Source: Octopus sinensis (taxonomy: Eukaryota). Taken from it: 31,016 bases of DNA. This document shows positions 24,420 through 31,016 of the stretch, piece by piece (position 1 is the stretch's first letter; the number at the start of each line of letters is the position of its first letter). The notes under the pieces were generated by a model. The model searched no databases and had not been told where the DNA came from. It was given only the letters and a program-made list of their open reading frames with translations. The stretch spans positions 1 through 31,016 of the forward strand of contig NW_021832628.1 in the NCBI RefSeq assembly GCF_006345805.1, read 5' to 3'. The position numbers and the translations under genes are program-made.

Positions 24420-24795
24420 ACAAGGACCGAAATTTAGTGGGAGTGGGCCTGTCGATTACATCTACCCCAGTACGCAACTGGTACTTAACTGAAGGCGGTG
24501 AGCTGGCAGAAACGTTAGCACGCCGGGCGAAATGCTTTGCGGCATTTCGTCTGCCGTTACGTTGCGAGTTCAAATTCCGCCGAGGTCAACTTTGCCTTTC
24601 ATCCTTTCGGGGTCGATAAATTAAGTACCAGTTATGCACTGGGGTCGATGTAATCGACTTAATACCTATGTCTGTCCTTGTTTGTCCCCTCTGTGTTCAG
24701 CCCCTTCTGGGTAATAAAGAAATAGGTACTTAACTTATCGACCCCGAAGGGATGAAAGGCAAAGTCGACAGGCATGCTAACGTTTCTGCCAGCTC
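24420..24795 (-). mobile_element. Older SINE family B-like copy split by an opposite-strand SINE
   Basis: Halves at about 24420-24490 and 24725-24795. Confidence 0.75.
24491..24724 (+). mobile_element. SINE family B monomer nested in the older copy
   Basis: 11 bp TSD ggtacttaact at 24480-24490 and 24725-24735. Confidence 0.9.
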
Positions 24796-25059
24796 GTTGT
24801 GAGTTAAATATAGAGTCAGCAACTTAGAGAAAAGGTTTTAGTCGAAACGATTGGACGATCCCGCCCCCCCCCTACTTGATCGGGACCGTACGTTATCGAC
24901 TCCGGAGCGATGAAATATACAATTTGACACAAGTGCGATTGGAACCTGGAACGTACTAAAGACCTGGAAAAATTACCAGAAGGCATTTTTTTCGACTGTC
25001 TGACGATCTTATCAGTTCATCGCCATTTATTAACAAAAAGAACGATAACAGCAAAGACG

Positions 25060-25262
25060 ACGACGATGGTGATGATGATGATGATGATTCTAATGGTGAT
25101 GAGGATTATGATGATTGTGATGGTGATGATGATTATGATAATGTTAACGATGACGTTGGCAATGATGATGATGATGATGATGATGATGACGTCGACGATG
25201 ATACTGATGATGAGGTGTATGAAGATAAGGAGTAGGAGGCAGTAAACAGCGATGACGATGGC

Positions 25263-25309
<47 letters not shown>

Positions 25310-25316
25310 CGATGAT
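25060..25316. repeat. (GAT)n-rich microsatellite
   Basis: Direct reading. Confidence 0.9.
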
Positions 25317-25667
25317 CAATCCCCAAATCCAAAACACATATCCCATCCCTATCCCACCAATAAATATACATCGAAGTAAAAAAAACAAAACGTTAGACGA
25401 CATATTCTAAAAAGAAAGGAAAAAAAAAACAAAACAAAAAAATCAAAAACAGATGAAAACGAAGACATACAAAATTGCAGACGAAAGGTAGGAACGAGAA
25501 AATGAAAAACGAAAGAGAGTTGTATTATAAAAATATATTATAACAATTAAAAGTAAAATAAAACAAAACAAAAAAATAATAATGATAAACTTCTTAGAAG
25601 ATACCAAAGTTGTTTAATTTGAGCTAAAATCTGTTTCCTCAAAACTAAAAGAAATTTCAATTTATTA

Positions 25668-25827
25668 GGCGTAGGAGTGGCTGTGTGGTAAATAGCTTGC
25701 TTACCAACCTCATGGTTCCGGGTTCATTCCTACCGCGTGGTTCCTTGGGCAAGTGTCTTCTACTATAGCCTTGCGCCGACCAAAGCTTTGTGAGTGGATT
25801 GGTAGACAGAAACTTAAGAAGCCCGTC

Positions 25828-25897
<70 letters not shown>

Positions 25898-26376
25898 GTG
25901 TAATAAATAAAATCTATGCATACATACATATATGTACGTACATACATCTACATGTATATATATACATGCATATATAAATATATATACGTGAGTACAGGGC
26001 ACAACAAATAGACGTAGAACTCAACGAGAAACGAAAACGTAAAAACAAACGTGGAACACGACCTAAACGAAAAAAAAAAGAGTACAAGACACAAACTACA
26101 CAAAGAAAAATCCCCTTCATCAGCTGTCCCTAGTTCAACTCCAGCGTGTTTCGGGGGGGGGTATGTTTATTTGTCTGTTTGTCACCCCAACATCGCTTAA
26201 CAACCGATGCTGGTATGTTTACATCCCTGTAACTTAGCGGTTCGGCAAAAGAGACGACCGATAGAATAAGTACTAGGCTTACAAAGAATAAGTGCTGGGG
26301 TCGATTTGCTCGGCTAAAGGCGGTGCTCCAGCATGGCCGCAGTCAAGTGACTGAAAGAAGTAAAAGAGTAAAGAGT
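25668..26376 (+). mobile_element. SINE family A, with an insertion in its internal microsatellite
   Basis: 5' half 25668-25830 and 3' half ~26160-26376 match 1028-1428. Confidence 0.85.
25985..26153 (-). mobile_element. Unclassified insert, possibly a Penelope-like terminal fragment
   Basis: Absent from the 1028 copy. Minus strand has cgaaac...ctgatgaagggg. Confidence 0.35.
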
Positions 26377-26655
26377 ACATATTTTAATAAAATTGTTTTC
26401 TGAATAATTTCCAGTTTCGTATTCGTCTTACTTTTAATTCTTTCAAATTTATTTTTTTCTTATCCCTTTTCTTCCTTTCATTGTTTCTTACTGTTTCTTC
26501 ATTTCATTCGGTCTTTCCTTCAGTAATAATTCCTCCTTCATTGTGTTTCCCTTTTTTTCGTTTGTTTCTTCCTTTTTTTTCCTTCTGTTAATAATTTTTT
26601 TCGTTGATACCTTTTTTCTTTCTTACCAATCTTTATACTTTTCTTTTTCATTCAC

Positions 26656-26897
26656 AAATATTATTGTAGGAATGAAAAGCAAAAAGAAAAAAAAAGAAAA
26701 AAAAATCTAAACAAAGAACGAAAGGATAACAAAATAACATCGAATGAAATTAAGAAATTAAGAAATGAAAAGAAAAATATTCACAAATATTTTTCTTTTT
26801 TACTTTTTAATTTCTTAATTTCATTCAATGATATTTTGTCTTCCTTTCGTTCTTTATTTGTTTCATTCTTTTGCTTTTCATTCCTACAATAATATTT
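26656..26897. repeat. ~240 bp imperfect palindrome
   Basis: Arms 26656-26781 and 26786-26897, spacer caca. Confidence 0.9.
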
Positions 26898-27619
26898 ACC
26901 TCTCCTTTCGTTCTGCCTTCTTCTTTCTTTCCTTCGTTCTTTAATATAACCGAAATGAAATTCTGGATAATATTACAAAATCTATATCACACACACACAC
27001 ACACGCACACACACACCTCCACATACACACGCGGGCGCATGAAAACACATACACACACACACCTACACACACATACATTCTCTCTCCCTCTCACTCTCCC
27101 CCCCCCCACACACACACTTACAGTCAAACACAGACAAGCTTGCACCCACATACATACAAACATACACGAGCACAGAAAAGAAATCAGCCATTTTGGTAAT
27201 TTTACAAAAGAAATAAAATTCAACAAATATCTGCGTAATTCATTGTAAGTTTCTAAGGAAAACAACTGCAGCAACAAGAACAACAAGATCAACAAAAACG
27301 AAAACAAAAACAACAACAGCACCAACGACGACGACGTCAGCAACAACAACAAAACCATGAACAATCACAAAATATCACTAGATATAAATAAAGGAATACA
27401 TACATAAACGTTCAAAATGAAATTGCAGAGCTTAATATATACTGCACGTTGCTTAAAATTGTTGTTGGTGTTGCTGTTGTGTGCCGTTTCTTTGAATAAT
27501 GTTCTTGTTGCCATAGTTGCTCATTGGCATAATTGCTTGTCTCTCTCTCTCTCTCCCTCTCTTTCTTTCTCTCTTCTCTCCTTCTTCCACTCTCCGCCTT
27601 ATTCTCTTTCATCATCCAG

Positions 27620-27706
27620 CCATACATACGTAACTATATACATACATTCATATATGCATGTATATATATATATGTATATCTATATATATATATATATGTG
27701 TGTGTG

Positions 27707-27746
<40 letters not shown>

Positions 27747-27927
27747 GAGATATCCAAGTGCCTACATGCACGGATGCATAGATGCATACATTATGTATAT
27801 ATATGTTTGTGTTTCTCCATATGTGTATATATACATACACACACACATATATATATACGTATATACGCACACATTTATATGCATACATATAATTATGTAG
27901 CAGTATATATGTATACATATATATATA

Positions 27928-27975
<48 letters not shown>

Positions 27976-28240
27976 ATATACATTTACATACATACACACA
28001 TATATATGTATACATATATATTATATATATATATATATGCTGTGTGTGTGTGGTGTGTGTGTGTGTGTATGTATTAACATTTACATACATACACACATAT
28101 ATATGTATACATTCATACATATATACATTATACACACATGTATATATACATACACACACATGCACACACACACCACCACACACACACATATATATACATT
28201 CATATAGGCATACGCACATACATACATGCATATACACAAT
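27620..28240. repeat. TA/TG/CA low-complexity region
   Basis: Direct reading. Confidence 0.9.
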
Positions 28241-28759
28241 TTATATGTTTGCCACTGGTAATGAATTGAAATTATGGGAAGCATCAAAAACAATTAAGCA
28301 GAAGAATATATCCAGAAATCCCATATAAATGTTATTTTTATTGTTAATTTCTACCTTCCTTTATTTTCTTTTGTTCGAGTTGATTGCAATTTATAAACTG
28401 TGGTCTAATTGTCCCTGATAAATTGCTCTCAATACAAATTGTTGGAGAAATATTGAGTTTTGGGATATAAGGTACGGTGGTAATTAGTCTCCAATGTTGG
28501 GTAGTAGAAGATTATGTAATTTTCACTTTGTGTAGGAAGCAGCGTGCTGTTTAGTGGTGCGCTGCCTGTGTGTTTAAATATGTGTCGGTATTAAAGATAT
28601 AAAAGCTTGTGTATTATTCTAAATAGTAGTTATAATTATGTTAGCTTAGGCGCACCGCTATTGTTTGTTAATTACTGGAGAGGAATGCAGCACAGCGAGA
28701 GAAGAGAGAATAAATGTTAGAGAAGGAGAACAGAAATACAAATACAGAAATGAATACAC

Positions 28760-29016
28760 ACTCATATATATATATATATACTATATATATATATATATTA
28801 TTATATATAATATATATATATATCTGGTAATATATATATAATAATATATATATATATGTATATAGATATATATTGTATATATATATAATATATATATATA
28901 TATAATATATATGTATGTATATATGTCTATTATGTATATATATATATATGTATATATATGTATTTATATATATATATATATGTATATATATGTATAAGAA
29001 TATATATTTATGTATA

Positions 29017-29060
<44 letters not shown>

Positions 29061-29162
29061 ATATAATATATCTATATATATATATCTGTATGTATGTATG
29101 ATGTATGTATGTAGATTATATATGTATATATATATATATATATATTTGTATATATATATATC
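28760..29162. repeat. (TA)n-rich tract
   Basis: Direct reading. Confidence 0.95.
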
Positions 29163-30096
29163 ATTGTACGTACATATATGCAGAGAACAGAAAAGAGACA
29201 GAGATAAGAAAAGTAAATAAAAACAAAGGTAAAAAAAGACATAAATAAATGTTTATGATAAGGTTGCGCAAACTATGAAGAGGCTGAATGCAAACGACGA
29301 CGACGACGACGACGACGACAATGATTGTGATGATGATGATGATGACGGTGATGATGATAGCGACGCGGAGGATGATTATGATGATTATAATAGCTATGGT
29401 GATAATGAGAAAATAAAAATAATTTAGGAGGATAAAGAAAATAAAAAAGCATTCGCTGACAGCATTGAGATCAACGTTAGCGACACAGGTAAAAAGAAAA
29501 TTTTTCATTTATAATATATACACACGCACGTACAAGTATATGCAGTGGATGAGAATGAGAAGACATTAGTACAGGAGGGGAAATAGATACAGACTGAATA
29601 CACTTAAATGTACTCTTCCTTTTGCTATAAAAAATACATAACCCGAGTGAATAATAAATAGACAAAAAACGGACAGAATTATGGGTGGCAGTAATTCATA
29701 TGATACGTTACATCTATGCATTTAAGTTACACGATAACGTTAAACTTTTACAGCTGTTTCGAAGATTCAGCGATTGGTCGACGCTACCAGTCGTACTACG
29801 CAAGCAAGAAAATATATTGAGGCAATAGTAAAGCTTGCTTTGGTAAAATTTGATCCGATAGCTCAGAGTTCTGGAGTTCTGGTTTTCTGGAGTCAGCTTA
29901 CAATTTATTTCATGCTCAAAAAATTCTACTCCTTGGTCGCCTAGTATATACGATATACACTGAGCTATTTCATTGGCCGTTGTGTCGCGCATGCGTAGAG
30001 TTTAGCGTTATGTATAGTGAAAGGAAGGTCCATTGTTATAGTAAATCTATGTTATAATAATTTCTCATTGGCTTAATTACGTCTCTTTCTCTTTCT

Positions 30097-30694
30097 TATT
30101 TCTTTATTGCCCACAAGGGGCTTAACATAGAGGAGACAAACAAGGACAGACAAAGGGATTAAGTCGATTATAACGACCCCCGTGTGTAACTGGTACATAT
30201 TTAAACGACCCCGAAAGGATGAAAGGCTAAGTCGACCTCGGCGGAATTTGAACTCAGAACGTAGCGGCAGACGAAATACCTATTTCTTTACTACCCACAA
30301 GGGGATAAACACAGAGGGTACGAACAAGGACAGACAAACGGATTAAGTCGATTATATCTACCCTAGTGCGTAACTGGCACATATTTAATCGACCCCTAAA
30401 GGAAGAAAGGCAAAGTCGACCTCGGCGGGATTTGAGCTCACAACTTAACGGCAGACGAAATATCTATTTCTTTACTACCCACAAGGGGCCAAACACAGAG
30501 AGGACAAACAAGGACAGACAAATGGATTAAGTCGATTACATTGACCCCAGTGCGTATACTGGTACTTAATTTATCGACCCCGAAAGGATGAAAGGGAAAG
30601 TCGACTTGGCGGAATTTGAACTCAGAACGTAGCGGCAGACGAAATACTGCTTAGCATTTCACCCGGCATGCTAACGATTCTGCCAGCTCGCCGC
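30097..30694 (-). mobile_element. SINE family B trimer (one head + 3 x ~184 bp units)
   Basis: Units start at 30097, 30281 and 30465; head at about 30648-30694. Confidence 0.9.
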
Positions 30695-31016
30695 TCTTTC
30701 TTTCTTTCTTTCTTTCTCTCTCTCTCTCTCTCTTTCTCTCTCTCCCTCTCTCCACTCGCTCTTTTAAAACAAGCATCTTGCTTCCATCACACGTAACGCA
30801 ACACCTAATATATCACACCTGGAAGAGAAAGAGAGAGAGAGAGAAAAGAGAGAGAGAGAGAGTGAGATAAAGAAAGAGAGAGAGAGAGAGAGCTACAGCT
30901 CTGCCTGGTTGATAGATATCTACATCTCGCTAGTGTAGAGCAATGTGGAATTGCCTTACCTATCTGCACAAATTTCTGCCCAGTCCACAATATTATGATG
31001 ACCGTAAGTTGTACAG

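Noticed and set aside
29428-29490. Exon candidate EDKENKKAFADSIEINVSDT
   Set aside because: No pyrimidine tract at the acceptor and no homology recognised.
29745-29800. Minus-strand GAAACAGCTGTA, a hammerhead-like 3' half with palindromic helix III
   Set aside because: No CUGANGA-like 5' half and no helix I or II pairing; at most a decayed remnant.

Overview
AT-rich, microsatellite-saturated eukaryotic non-coding DNA (intron or intergenic). The repeat content matches my recollection of an Octopus genome; this is an inference, not a search result. No host protein-coding gene can be supported, and the long ORFs in the track come from CA/TA/ACAT repeats. The window holds many tRNA-derived SINEs, decayed 3' ends of LINEs (CR1/L2-like, R4/Dong-like, HERO-like, and one bearing C2H2 fingers), probable Penelope-like remnants, a ~2 kb minisatellite and many simple repeats. 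The strongest leads are: (1) a compact type I hammerhead-ribozyme-like fold on the minus strand at 943-992 with a swapped G3-C8 core pair; (2) ~300 bp diverged inverted arms enclosing a ~4.7 kb block; (3) SINE multimers that repeat B-box plus body behind one A-box head, one bounded by a single 13 bp TSD; (4) all four body x tail combinations of a modular SINE family; (5) a ~240 bp template-switch palindrome.
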